Assembly: GCF_006345805.1 (NCBI RefSeq)
Contig: NC_042998.1
Span: forward strand, 38,192,001 to 38,256,000
Direction: 5' to 3'
DNA: 64,000 nt
DNA from: Octopus sinensis
Taxonomy: Eukaryota
Below, in pieces: positions 40,649 through 53,633 of the stretch. A model generated the notes under the pieces. The model saw nothing but the letters and a program-made list of their open reading frames with translations. It made no database searches and had not been told where the DNA came from. The position numbers and the translations under genes were made by a program. The first letter of the stretch is position 1. The number at the start of each line of letters is the position of its first letter.

Positions 40649-40717
40649 GGGCATATGGCGTAGTGGTTAAGAACGCGGGCTACTAGCCCCAAGATTCGGA
40701 GTTCGATTCCAGGCCTG
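40649..40717 (+). promoter_or_regulatory. tRNA-like Pol III type 2 internal promoter
   Basis: A box TGGCGTAGTGG and B box GAGTTCGATTCC; anticodon-like arm GGG-CTACTAG-CCC; no complete acceptor stem. Confidence 0.7.
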
Positions 40718-40811
40718 AATAATAATAATAATAATAATAATATCAACAACAACAACAACAGGTTCGAATAATAATAATAATAATAATAACCCAGGTTCGA
40801 AATTTCCCCAA

Positions 40812-40857
40812 GACACCTGAAGAAGGCTGGAGGGTATATCAGCTGAAATGTTGTGTT
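40812..40857 (+). ncRNA. Minimal type I HHR motif, slightly decayed
   Basis: GACAC-CTGAAGA-A-GGCTG gagggtatat CAGCT-GAAA-TG-TT-GTGTT. Confidence 0.65.
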
Positions 40858-41352
40858 GACAACAAACAAGATGGGGACAAATACGTCAAATGTAAATAAT
40901 GTACATAATTCCACATCTCTTAAATATAGAACTGAAAAATGTTAAATATCTAAAGAAGCAGGCGATAAGGAGTTTAAAGGAAACCTATATTAATTACTAC
41001 TTCATTATATTTATCATCTCTCAGAATAATTTTGCGAGAGTGATTTTCGTCACGCGTTACATTGAATGTAATTCTTCTCTTATTGTGTATATAGTTTACT
41101 GAGTACGTTTGTTAAGATGACAGATTTTGATTTCAAGAATTTATGACTACTATTGCAAAGAGGTAAAGTCACCATGCTGAGAATTTCTCGTTGCTTCAGG
41201 ATGTATGTGCCTGTATCTGTGTGTTACAATAAGATATACATGGATATATTGAGAGACAGGGAAATTCGTATTAAAGAAGAAAAAGAGTTTACTAGATACA
41301 AGATATTTTAATTTAGCTAGATACATAGACATATGTGTGTGTTAGTGTGTAT

Positions 41353-41394
<42 letters not shown>

Positions 41395-41729
41395 AACGTA
41401 TATAGCAGATGCATAAACACAGCTAATTTAACTATTTATCCGTAGAGTGGAACAACTATAAACAACCTTAATCTAGTTTCGAACCTTATTGAGTTCTCAT
41501 CAGTACTATCTACATCAATTTTACCAATCCATATGCATGTATTCATACATGTATGCTCGTGTAGGTATATATATATATATATACATACATACACACACAC
41601 ACTCACGAGCTACTATTAATTTCATTCGATGAAAAGAGTTCAGACAGCATTTTTAACACGTCTGGTGCCTTAATGTAATCCTCGGGCTATGAAGGCACCA
41701 GACGTGCTAAAAGTGCGCAATTGACAATT

Positions 41730-41858
41730 AATTTATCGACCCCCGAAAGGATGAAAGGCAAAGTCGACCTCAGCGGAATTTGAACTTAGAACGTAGACAG
41801 ACGAAATACAACTAAGCATTTCGCCCAGCGTGCTAATGTTCCTGCCAGCTCGCCGCCC
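41730..41858 (-). mobile_element. SINE family B 5' part
   Basis: Matches 14825-14953. Confidence 0.85.
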
Positions 41859-41968
<110 letters not shown>

Positions 41969-42512
41969 TATGTACCGAGCCTGCAATGATAGAGAGCAAA
42001 TTTGGTTTCGGTTGCACCTGAACTCCGAATGGAAATTATCATAGCTAAGCAATTTTCGTCTCGAGATACCTACATATAAATGTACTTTCGCATAATGCAG
42101 TGGGAATGAATTTTGAGTAACCGTTAACATAATTTACTTTAAGGTATGGATGGCTTGAGTTTACATTTAACTTCCCCATTCTTACAAACACTAAGTAGAT
42201 AGTTAACTCGCTTTTTTTTATCATGAGTTCACTCACGTGTGTGTATGACCATATTTTCGCGGATGCTTGTATGAGCGAGTGTACTCGTGCCATACAGCTT
42301 TTCCCAGGGCCTTTATACATCCATGTTTGCTAACGGTTATTATTAATACTTTTCTCGTTGTATTGCCTGTTCGTTTCTCTCTTTTTCCCCTTTGTGATTT
42401 TAGTTTTGGTCTTCTATATAAATGAAGATATTTCCTCCGTCTGGCTGCTTCTCTCTCTACAGAACGGAAAGTTACATTGAAGAACAGTCATTTTAACGAG
42501 TTGTATTTATTT

Positions 42513-42618
42513 ATCACCCGACGAGATACATCTGCACCACCGGATGCTCCTGAACCAGTTGTTGAGTGTTCCACCCATAAGGAATCAATGCTAAATGCGT
42601 CGAAACAACTGTCGCGAT
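42513..42618 (+). ncRNA. Decayed HHR with long stem II inside a repeat ending at (TA)n
   Basis: ATCAC-CCGACGA-GATAC...GCGTC-GAAA-CAACTG-TC-GCGAT. A few transition-type changes would restore all three stems. Confidence 0.5.
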
Positions 42619-42659
42619 TAATAATAAATTCTCTTATATTCCATCTTCTGTTTTTCATT

Positions 42660-42704
<45 letters not shown>

Positions 42705-43603
42705 TTATATTAAGCCCGTTCCGTGGTAAATATTTTGGATAGGCAGCTTTTTGCGTGATTTAATAAATTGTTTAATTGTTTGCTTGGTGCTGTTGAATTA
42801 TTATATGCAGTATTCCGTAAATTAACCAATAACTCATCCTAGTAACATTGGTACAACACTCGCCACAGCTACAAAAGTATGTTCTTAGAAATTAGTACTT
42901 TGCATCTAGAAATATTTTTCATCTTCTTTCAAGCTGAACTGAGACTCCAAGGACCAAATATTAAACAAATAAGCATTTGAATCACATTACCCAATATCGG
43001 AACATGAATTTATTAGGTAAGACTACAAAATCGTGAGCTCGGCAAAACTATAAAAAGCAACCTAAGAACATAGCAATCGACGGAATGGTAATACAGCCTA
43101 TACAGAGAGGTGTAAACTGTTATTATATTTGAGAATATGAGAAGGCGCTGAGGTTGATGGATCAATTAATTACAGAGCAAGAACTGAATAGCTGAAGAGG
43201 TTGAAAGAAATATGGTCATATCGTATCCTCATACATGCTTTTGTTCTCCTGAACTGGTTTATAAACAACCTGCTCAATGTTATGAGAAACTACAGAATGT
43301 GACAGGATAATTCAACGTAAATTTGGATTGGGAACAAATTATATTCCTACGCAAAGCAGTCAGCGCTCGTGTTAAATCTGTTGTACAAACAAATGGGATG
43401 AGGAAAGTAACAGTGAGCCAACTTCCCGAGCAGCGCATAATTTTGCACATAGCCTACCGGAAGTTTGTAAAAACAAAAATATAGTTTTTCTTTGTTTGTT
43501 TTTTTTTTACAGCAAAGCTTTATTCTCTCCACCGCCGCCGTGCGCGCTACATCATTTACACAATGTGGGAAAGAAACCATCAGCATTGTCGAAAGGACCT
43601 TAT

Positions 43604-43671
43604 ACTATAGCCTCGAGCCGACCAAAGCCTTGTGAGTGAATTTGGTAGAGAGAAACTGAAAGAAGCCCGTC

Positions 43672-43761
<90 letters not shown>

Positions 43762-43975
43762 CTGTCTGTCTTTGTCTCCCCAACAGCACTTGAAAACCGA
43801 TGCTGGTGTGTTTACGTCCCTGTAACTTAGCGGTTCGGCATAAGAGACCGATAGAATAAGTACTGGGCTTACAAAGAATAAGTCCTGGGACCGATTTTCT
43901 CGACTAAAGGCGGTGCTACAGCATGGCCACAGTCACATGACTGAAACAAGTAAAAGAGTAAAAGAGTAAAAAAGA
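43604..43975 (+). mobile_element. SINE family A, 5'-truncated
   Basis: Body and tail match the other copies. Confidence 0.9.
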
Positions 43976-43984
43976 GACGCATAA

Positions 43985-44274
43985 ATTCACTGTAAGACAA
44001 ATTCTTTTCCTCAACAAGGCCTGCCCTGTTTAACATTATCCCAAAACAAATCAAAGAAGATAAAGATCTCCCTCACCTTCAAACGAAACCTGGACAAATT
44101 TGTTCAAGGGACACCAGATAAACCACCTATATGTGGATACATTTCAGTCGACAATAACTCCCTGCTTGAATGGGCCATGATACCACAAAGTCTTCAAAAT
44201 GCCTTAACAGATCCTATCAAGTGGTCCTATTAAGTTAGACATGGCCTGGACATAATCTTTGGCCGAATCATATC
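43985..44274 (+). mobile_element. CR1-group LINE 3' end, same group as 5548-5890
   Basis: PALFNIIPKQIKEDKD..FKRNLDKFVQGTPDKPPICGYISVDNNSLLEWAMIP, then tail CTATTAAGTTAGACATGGCC..GGCCGAATC. Confidence 0.8.
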
Positions 44275-46132
44275 TTTTTTTTTTTATCTTAGTAATTGAA
44301 ATTTGTTTCATAATTTTTATTTCCACTTTTATTTGTGCCGACATAATCTGTCTTAACAAAAGTTTATTGATTTTCAATTCCACTGCTAACTTCGGTTTTC
44401 TTCCGTTCTGATAATGCACGAATATTCTCCATTTCATGCTGAGTTGCAAACCGATTATTGTGAAGCCCATAATCTTCACACAGGCATCAACCAGGTATGG
44501 AAACCATGTCTCAATGTTTGCTTTAAGTCTCACTCTAAAGTGCAAAATTGTTTACTCTTAATGTATAATTGATAAACGTGATAGACTAAATACTGTTTCC
44601 ATCCTCAACTCATATCCTATTTTAATAATATTTTTATCCAGTTCGGAAGAAACATCATTCGTATAATTTTTCCTTACCTATAAGCTTCAGAAACGTCTGG
44701 AGAATTCTATTGTCGTGTTATTGAATAAATTTTTCTTGCATTCGCACAAGAAGCAATAACAGACCGAATCGTTGTCAGCAAGAGATAGTCTGTTTGGCAA
44801 TATATGATGATATCTAATTTCCAATATCTTCTTTTATATACAATTTGATAATATATTTTAAACTTTATTTAAAATTCCGTTAAATCAATGTTTATTTTAT
44901 CAGTATTTCCCTTCCAATTTAAACTTTTCTCCATAGTTCAGTGTTTCTTTTAATTGTTGCTATAAAGTATATCAATAGCTCATAAGTTTAGAGGTTTCGA
45001 TCAGCACAATGGTCGTAATATCAATACTGACTTTCTTCGATTTTACTTGACAGCTAACTATGAGATCATGAAGTGCGTGCGTGATTTTATTTATATAACA
45101 GTCTCAGGCTGATTCTGCCAAGATGACTTGAGGTGTTTTTCATAAATCTTATCTAGCGAATGATTCACAAAACCATTTAATAAAAGATAAAATCTCTAAC
45201 TCCATAGAGTGTCATGAACTTAGAAGCACATCACCTTCTCAATAACAAACTATATGTCTCCGTTACATCTCATGATTCGACATTTCTATTTTCCTTTAAT
45301 GTCTGTCATAGGTGACTGGAAAGTCTTTGAATTTCCTGCCATATGTTTCACTTTGATCTTGTTTCACTAACATACAAGAAACTGTTTCTTTTCAATCGTT
45401 TATTCCCTTATGCAGTCTGTTAGGATTTTCGATAGGGTCTTACAATTGTTTTACTTGAAAGCAATATCGCTACAACAAAATGCATTCAAAGCCGGTTGCA
45501 TTCTAGCAAACGTAGCACATATGGAAAAGGATGTCATATAAAAATACAGATGCTTCTTTTAAATGTGCTAGAAGACATATTTTCATTCATAACTTTTATT
45601 GATTCTTCGGTTGTGACAGCTGTTCCTATTTTTCGTAGAGTGAATGAAAGAAGAAAAGAGTCACAATGGGATTTTCATGTTTGCTTATTGACTAAAGTTC
45701 TACAGTTGGCAGCAACACACATAACAAATTTCTAATTTTCTGTTCAGTTTTCTTTTTACCCTGTTAGCGCATTGTATCATTTAACACAGAAATAAAATAA
45801 ATTTGAATGCAGGTTAAAGAAAATAGCAGGTGTTTTACATAAACATAATTATTAATTTTTCTAAACTCACTATAAAATAATGAACATTAGCAAGATAATT
45901 CCACAAGAAAACACTCCTTGCCTTAGCATCCTGAATCTTAGAACGTGTACTGTTAATATTTAAAACTTTTATTGGCATGCGCTTCAATATCATTTTACAT
46001 CATATGGTGCTTTTATGTGGTAAATGTATGTAACAGACAAAATCAGGGACACACAAGAAGTAGCATACAAGAATCCGTCAAATCAAACATTGACAGTTTC
46101 GCAAATAGAATTACCACTCCGTTTCTTTATAT

Positions 46133-46185
<53 letters not shown>

Positions 46186-46190
46186 TATAT

Positions 46191-46317
46191 ATGGTTCCGG
46201 GTTCAGTCCTACTGCGTGGCACCTTGGGCCAAGTGTCTTCTACTATAGCCTCGGGCCGACCAAAGCCGTGTGAGTGGATTTGGTAGACGGAAACTGAAAG
46301 AAGCCTGTCGTATATAT

Positions 46318-46348
<31 letters not shown>

Positions 46349-46557
46349 CGTGTGTGTTTGTGTGTTTGTGTTTGTCCCCCTAGTATTGCTTGACAACCGA
46401 TGCTGGTGTGTTTATGTTCTCGTCACTTAGCGGTTCGGCAAAAGAGACCGATAGAATAAGTACTGGGCTTACAAAGATTAAGTCCCGGGTCGAGTTGTTC
46501 GATTAAAGGTGGTACTCCAGCATGGCCGCAGTCAAATGACTGAAACAAGTAAAAGAG

Positions 46558-46559
<2 letters not shown>
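46191..46559 (+). mobile_element. SINE family A, lacking the A box
   Basis: Starts at ATGGTTCCGGGTTCAGTCC, between (TA)n tracts. Confidence 0.9.
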
Positions 46560-46609
<50 letters not shown>

Positions 46610-46922
46610 AAGAGTAAATAATAGTTTTAATGGTTTTAAAAAAACAACAATTATTTACGGGTAGGTTTCGGCATGTAAATATACCATTAACGGTAGGGAC
46701 CTATATAAAAAAAGTTCAATATATTATTTGTATATAAATAAAATGGGCAGGCAACAGGTTGCTTAGCCACATACCGAAAAATTAGAAATAGCACTCTATT
46801 TTCTACAAATAAAACTACACATAGGACATATCCCTGTAATTCACATATGCAAAACAGAAGGAAGAAATAACGAAAACATATGTGGCTAAGAAGACCTGTT
46901 GCCTGCTCCTTTTATTTTATTA
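46610..46922. repeat. (TA)n-flanked element with an internal inverted repeat of about 38 bp
   Basis: 46737-46773 versus 46879-46920 (GCAGGCAACAGGT..CTTAGCCACATA). Confidence 0.6.
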
Positions 46923-46926
46923 ATAT

Positions 46927-46994
<68 letters not shown>

Positions 46995-46995
46995 T

Positions 46996-47040
<45 letters not shown>

Positions 47041-47168
47041 AAGAGATAGAACCTGCATAAAGTAATTCAATTAATACTGAAAGATATTATATAAATATAT
47101 ATATATTTTTAACATTTTACTAAAATTTTCTATACTAAATAATATACAAAAAAAATACATATTAAAAC

Positions 47169-47271
47169 GACGACGCGCGTTTCATGACTATGTATACAAA
47201 TCTATAATATCTAAATCGATAATCAAAAATTAATATTTCTTCGATCCAACGATACAGCCACTTTTCAGGTC
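47169..47271 (-). ncRNA. HHR motif with long stem II and a G8A core change, within a repeat at about 47036-47330
   Basis: GAC-CTGAAAA-GTGGCT...AGTCAT-GAAA-CGCGCG-TC-GTC; palindromic stem III; GUC site. Confidence 0.55.
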
Positions 47272-47442
47272 TCAATATCATAAAATAAATTTACAACATA
47301 AATTAAGACGCTATAATTACGCTATAAGATATATATATATATATATATAATTGTTTTATTTATACACTGTGTTTTCATGATATTTATGTAGAAACAATGT
47401 CTGTCCAATCAACAACCAATTTGGAAGTGCATTATTATTGGT

Positions 47443-47652
47443 TTCAAATATTGATACAAGGCCAACAATTTCGTGGAAGGGGGGTTAAATCGATTACATC
47501 AACCCGTGTTTAACTGGTACTTATTTTATCGACCCCAAAAGGATGAAAGGCGAAGTCGACCTGGGCGGAGTTTGAACTCAGAGCGTGAAGACGGACGAAA
47601 CGCCGATAAGCATTTTGCCCGGCATGATAACGATTCTGTCAGCCTGTCCCCC
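47443..47652 (-). mobile_element. SINE family B, degenerate
   Basis: Central and head motifs match the other copies. Confidence 0.8.
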
Positions 47653-50169
47653 TGAAGCGCATTATTAATGACAAAGGAAATTATACTAAATAAGTGTTCG
47701 ATTATAATCAAACATTTTGAAAGATGGGACACGTAAATATAAAGTATCAACGAATTTAACAGGGGAACTCGCTCCAACTACATCAAAATGATTATCCTGT
47801 TTTGTAAAACTCACACTGCCAAATATGTTTTTGCGTATGCGTGTATTGAACAAGTCTTTGGATAGGCACCCAACTCTACATTTTTCATTAGTTATAAAAT
47901 TTGTTGAAATATTTCTCTATTTAACCGACTTTTCTTCATACCAACCGACACGTTGCCGACATATATTCCTCTGCTGAAGCTAATTGCCTTCTTTTTGGCT
48001 GAAGGCAAAACTCACGAACTTCAAATTTTCCTTCCCTCTGTTTTTCTTGATTTTTTTTCAAGACAGTCATTAACTACGCCTTACTCAAAACGAAATAATA
48101 ATACAAGAATAAAAAAAATGAATTTATGGGAATTAGCATAATTTACACTTAAACTGCAAATACGATTGCTTTAGAGTAAGAGCTTGTTGCACGGTTAAAG
48201 AAAATACTGAATATCACTATAAAATAAAGCCTTGATTTTGATTTTTATTTAGGTATAAAAGGACATTTTTTAAATCTGAGGTCGACATGAAAATTCATGA
48301 ATAATTCACAAAGCGCTACCTGGTATATATTACTTGAATACATCTTAGAATAAAAATGCTAATAGAATACATCGTTGACCATAATATTTCATTTGCTACC
48401 GAATTTCGTCAATAAAAATCATACATTCCTAGCTGTTATATTTCGTCTCACTTTCTTCGTAATTCCCTTTACTTTTGCTCATTACGACACGCATGCAATG
48501 ACGGGTACAAGTAAACTGAAATGATTGCAATCGGACATTATTTCATTTGTGTCATGGCTTTAGTTTCGATGCAGAAGATCTCCTTTATCATTTATTGAAA
48601 CCGATTTCTTCGAGTGTGTTCGATGCTTCTATATATCAAAATAGGAGATGATAGAGTTTTTTCTTTTTCTTAGAACTTTAGAACGAGAAATACAATTGCA
48701 CAAACTTACATTTGCACACTCAAAACATAGCTTTTTGGCTACACATTATTTTCCATGTTTCTTTATGTCTATTATTCTTTATTCTCTTTATTATTCTTTA
48801 TTTTTGTTAAATGGTTGGTGTTTCGTTTCTTCATTATTGAAACAATTAAATTGAAACCGTGTTTCGATTATATTTCACTAATACAAGTATACTTGTATGC
48901 TTATGGATTAAGACACATGTTTAGCATTCAGTATTTGCTTTTTATGGCTATCAGTATCATTATACATAGACTGGGCGAGACAGGAGATTATTAAACTGTA
49001 GATGAAATGGTCTGTTACTTTCTATGCTCTCACTAGCATCATATACAGCTTAGGCCGGGTTTACAGCAGAAAAGTTGTGAGAACACTGCATGTTTAAATT
49101 TAAAATAATGTATATCTATCGCATAAAGCACGACAAACTTTTCTGAACGAAACTTAGCTTCATGTATTCTCGCTACTTCTTGGTGCGAAGCACACATTCG
49201 CAACAGCATAGAATCAGAAATGTAAGTGCATGTTTAGAGTGCACCTGAAGTCAAGATTCATACACTGCTTTGTACTGGATTGAAACTCTTTTTAGTGTTT
49301 ATCGCACTGATTGACCTAGAATCTGTTAAGCATTTAATTTCCGTGCTTTAAACACGTTCTACGAGCTCCTTCATGATTCTCACAAAAATATAATATGAAG
49401 CAAGTCAATACGTTTTCGCCAAGCTGCTGGCGAGTGTCATGACACTGCTGAGTCTGTATCGATATCGCTCTTCTTTTGCCTTTTGCGCTCATATTTATGG
49501 TAAACTGTATTCTCTCGCAAACATTTCCTCTTAATGGAGATGAACCCAAGTACTAGCATTCATCACATATGCTTTAGATCTTCTTCCATCAGCTTATTCA
49601 TTAGGTTAAATAAGGAAGGATGCAGTTTTCACCGAACAGCCAAAGAGAAAGGTGACTATACTTTCAAGTTTGGCCTTCCTTGAAAGAATATACCAGGAAT
49701 ACAAATATAAATGTGGAAGACATTTTACTCAAAGAAGGAAAGTTTTAGACGTTCGCCCATTTATATTGAACAATGATACTGGAAACACAGCAGACTCTAG
49801 TAATCCAGTTTGCATCTTAACAACCACTGTTAATATACTACACGTAGTGAAAGAGCTTAACAACAGAGTTTAGCTTCGCACACTGAAAGCTCCTCGAAAA
49901 AGTTGGTATTGTTGTTTATGTTAAACTTGATATAGGCGACAGAATGCATTATTTATGTGCATGAGCCAGGCTTCTGGAGTAGTTCATTACAATTGTGATC
50001 TGTAAGTATATACACTTCAAAAAAATCAATTTTCCTGTATACGACATTATCCAAACAAAATATAATTCTTTATCCAAGCAAACAATAATTCTGAAAGTAG
50101 CATGCGTTAAATTCTTTTAAGCAATACACTGAACAATAACTGTGAAAACTGTGAAAATTGTGGAATTTC

Positions 50170-50424
<255 letters not shown>

Positions 50425-51439
50425 CCGAGCAACAGTGTGCCATTTTTAATAATATCTTTAATATAAATCTATCATCATAATACGGAATTCAAAAGGCAGC
50501 TAAATATATATAATCTTTTCTCAAATATTTCCTTAGTTGTCTAACATCATCGCAACATGTATAGAATTTACAGCAAAAAGTTAACCTTGAATGCCTTTGA
50601 ATAGCCACCAAGTATGAACTATAATCTAAGTTGGAGAATGATTGGTTATAGTAAACAGCTGTTGGTTTCCAAATCCCAGTGCAAATTAACATAAACTTCA
50701 CAACTGGGTGAAACTTGAATGTGCGCTAAATTCATTAGGTCAGTTTCGGAGTCAACTTTGTAATGAGAAGACTATAAATGCAATATTATGGTTAATCTAC
50801 TTAATTTAAGTGAATATATAGTCACATATAAATATACAACAAAGTAAACGGAAGTTGAAATGTCAGACCAAAACAAAAGTTATGTCACCAAAGCAAATAG
50901 ATATCGAATATAATCCAACAATATTTTAATCAATAGCAAACTTTCTCACAATAACATATATTTGCATTTGTTTGTTTACAGCCATTTTATATGACTAGTG
51001 ATTATTTCATTGACTCTGAAATAAAAATAAAGTGAAGTTGACCATAACAGTAATGGATGGCGTAATGTGAACAGATAGGAAGTAAAAGATCAAGGCTTTC
51101 GGTATTGCACATTAATACATCTGTCGTTTTGTCCCCCTAATAATATTTTGTCACACATTACAACAATCATTACTCAAACAGGATATCAATATTTGCTTTA
51201 CATCCTCAATATCTACAATTTTTAGCCTGAATGAAAGCACATATCGATACCAAACAACAATATCCTCCTGTATTTTAAAGTCCATTTTACATTCGTGCAC
51301 AAAATTCAGCTTTCATTTATATATCTGTATTATAATAATTATACATAATAATTACATGTAATACTGCATTAAGACGAGTGATTGTTTATTATGATGGTAA
51401 TGTTTAAATAATGATGAAAACTGCTTTGCGTTTCTCGCT

Positions 51440-51503
51440 GAGTTGCGTAAACATCAACACCGGTTGTCAAGCATGGTGGGAGACAAACACAGAAAGAAAG
51501 ACA

Positions 51504-51558
<55 letters not shown>

Positions 51559-51777
51559 ACACACACACACACACACACATACACATACATGCAAACATAC
51601 ATACATATATGTTCGACAGGCTTCTTACATTTTCCATCTATCCAATCAACTCACGAGGTCTTGGTCGACCCAAGGCTATAATAGAAACCATTGCCTAATT
51701 CACCACTTAGTGGAATTGAACCCCGAACCGTGTGGTTAGGAAGCAAGCTTCCTTCCACACCACTACGCCAGCGCCTG
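51440..51777 (-). mobile_element. Degenerate SINE family A
   Basis: Head and body motifs flank a (CA)n tract. Confidence 0.8.
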
Positions 51778-51979
51778 TTATAGTAATACAGCATAAATAC
51801 CAAGCAAACATTGACCTCTCGATTAAGACGATGAAGAACTATATAGTGCATATCATATTTATGTGTTTAGAATTATGCATGACATATATTACGTATCTAA
51901 TAAACATTATTTGGATAAGATATTACTTACATGTGACAGTAACGATCAGCCAATTATTTGCACTTTTAGAAATCGTTGT

Positions 51980-52460
51980 CAATCTTCAGCAGAAGTCTCA
52001 GAGCCCTAGCAGTTTCGCTCATTAACTTGTTTTCTTTGCCTGATTGGTATAGAGAGTACGAAATCCTCAATCCATCTGCTCAAATCTTTTGGAATAGTTC
52101 TTAATCCACTTTACAGGGATATATTTTTACCCGCACTTTCCTTAGTCTTTGTAACTCAATGGCTAGCATTTGGTACTTTGCTATTTTCTCTAAATCTCTC
52201 AGATTGACTTTCTCATCATTTGCTACTGTAAAGACAAATATCTGGCACTTTTTATTCTCCTTGTGAACTTAAATCAGACTTTCTAGCTTCTATTACTCCG
52301 CCACTCTAAATGTTAAAATCCCACAGCTTTTATCTCTTACTTTCTACCACTTTATTGCATTCATATTCATGTTCACTTGTTAGTATAATCAAGTCTTAGC
52401 TTTCTACATGACTCTCAATGGATTGTTCTCCCTAGATTGTCATAATTTTTCCCGTATTCT
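51980..52460 (-). mobile_element. R4/Dong-like RLE nuclease relic
   Basis: LWDFNI*SGGVIEARKSDL..HKENKKCQIFVFTVANDEKVNLRDLEKIAKYQMLAIELQRLRKVRVK matches the LWDF.IQTD..I.ARRPD..EK..KY..L..E pattern. Confidence 0.75.
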
Positions 52461-53245
52461 TTCTACGTAACAAGATATTTTAGTCCTGGGACCAAAACTG
52501 AATGTTTTTCGTTGCAATAAATTATCATCAGATATTAAATAGACTGACAAATGAAGGTGGTTTGATCACTGGGAGACTTAATTACTGATTGGCAGCATTT
52601 CACATTATAAAGTCTAAAATGATATCTAAATTTATATATATTATTCAACGAATAAATGTGAATTATTCTAAAATTGCTCACAGTTTTATCCAGTTGTCGA
52701 TGCATAAGGTAACCATTTTTATTGTTACTTTTGGTATTCTTTTAGAATAATCAGATACATTAAACATAACTCACCTTGGTAAAAAAAAAAAAAGCGTCCA
52801 AATGTTACGTTCTGCATCTTGCGATGTTTGCATTCGAGCGTGAGAAGAGACAAATATTACTTGTTTTTTTTACAGGAGAATTTACAAACGATCGACTGTA
52901 AGCTATTGTCTTAAGGTTAACACCGATCATATAGTCATTCTGACAATTTACTTCTTTGTTGCTCGGTTTTGTAATGAAAAATAACATGGCACATTGTATC
53001 TAGACAAATATTATTTGGATATGAATTAGAATTCGATATTTTAAACTAATGAAATGTTGTTTTATTACACGTCTTCCCTGCGTCAAGTAGATCAGTTTCA
53101 TGTAACACTTCAAATTTTACTCATGTTTCTACCAACAAACTGTATGTGTGGATATGCTGTAGTATTCAAATCTGATGTGTTTTGCCTTAGAATTGGTTTC
53201 ATACATTTTTGTGGTTTCCGAGTTGTATCTGATATTCATCCTATG

Positions 53246-53633
53246 TTCTTTTACTTGCTTCAGTCATTAGACTACGGCCATGCTGGGGTGCCACTTTCAA
53301 CAACTTTAGTCGAACGAATCGATCCCGGTACTTTTTTTAAAAACCTGATACTTATTCTATCGGTATCTTTTGCTGAAGCGCTAAGTTGCGGGAAGATAAA
53401 CACACAAATACCGGTTGTGGCGGGGGGGGGACACAAAGACATCGACACACGCACACATATATATGTAAATAAGTATACGACGGGCTTTTTTCAGTTTCCG
53501 TCTTCCAAATTCATTCACAAGCGTTAGGTTGGTCCGAGGGCATAGTAAAAGACTCTTGGTCAAGTTGCCACGCAGTGGGAATGAACCCAGAACCATGTGG
53601 TTAGGAAGCAAACTTCTTACCATACAACCACCT
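53246..53633 (-). mobile_element. Degenerate SINE family A, full span
   Basis: Collinear from tail to head. Confidence 0.85.

Larger units (their letters stand above)
40440..40935 (+). mobile_element. Penelope-like element 3' end: GIY-YIG tail, tRNA-like segment, (AAT)n, HHR
   Basis: GDHISLWDEVKIIDREHHWKI..KEAAHM..MNSIWEPVL at 40448-40600; A and B boxes at 40656-40710; HHR at 40812-40857. Confidence 0.8.

Noticed and set aside
40649-40717. Functional tRNA gene
   Set aside because: No 3' acceptor strand and an imperfect T stem; promoter-like relic only.
43060-45380. Faint R4-like RT (43060-43260) and Gypsy-like (45100-45380) peptide echoes
   Set aside because: Similarity is too weak to support without a profile search.
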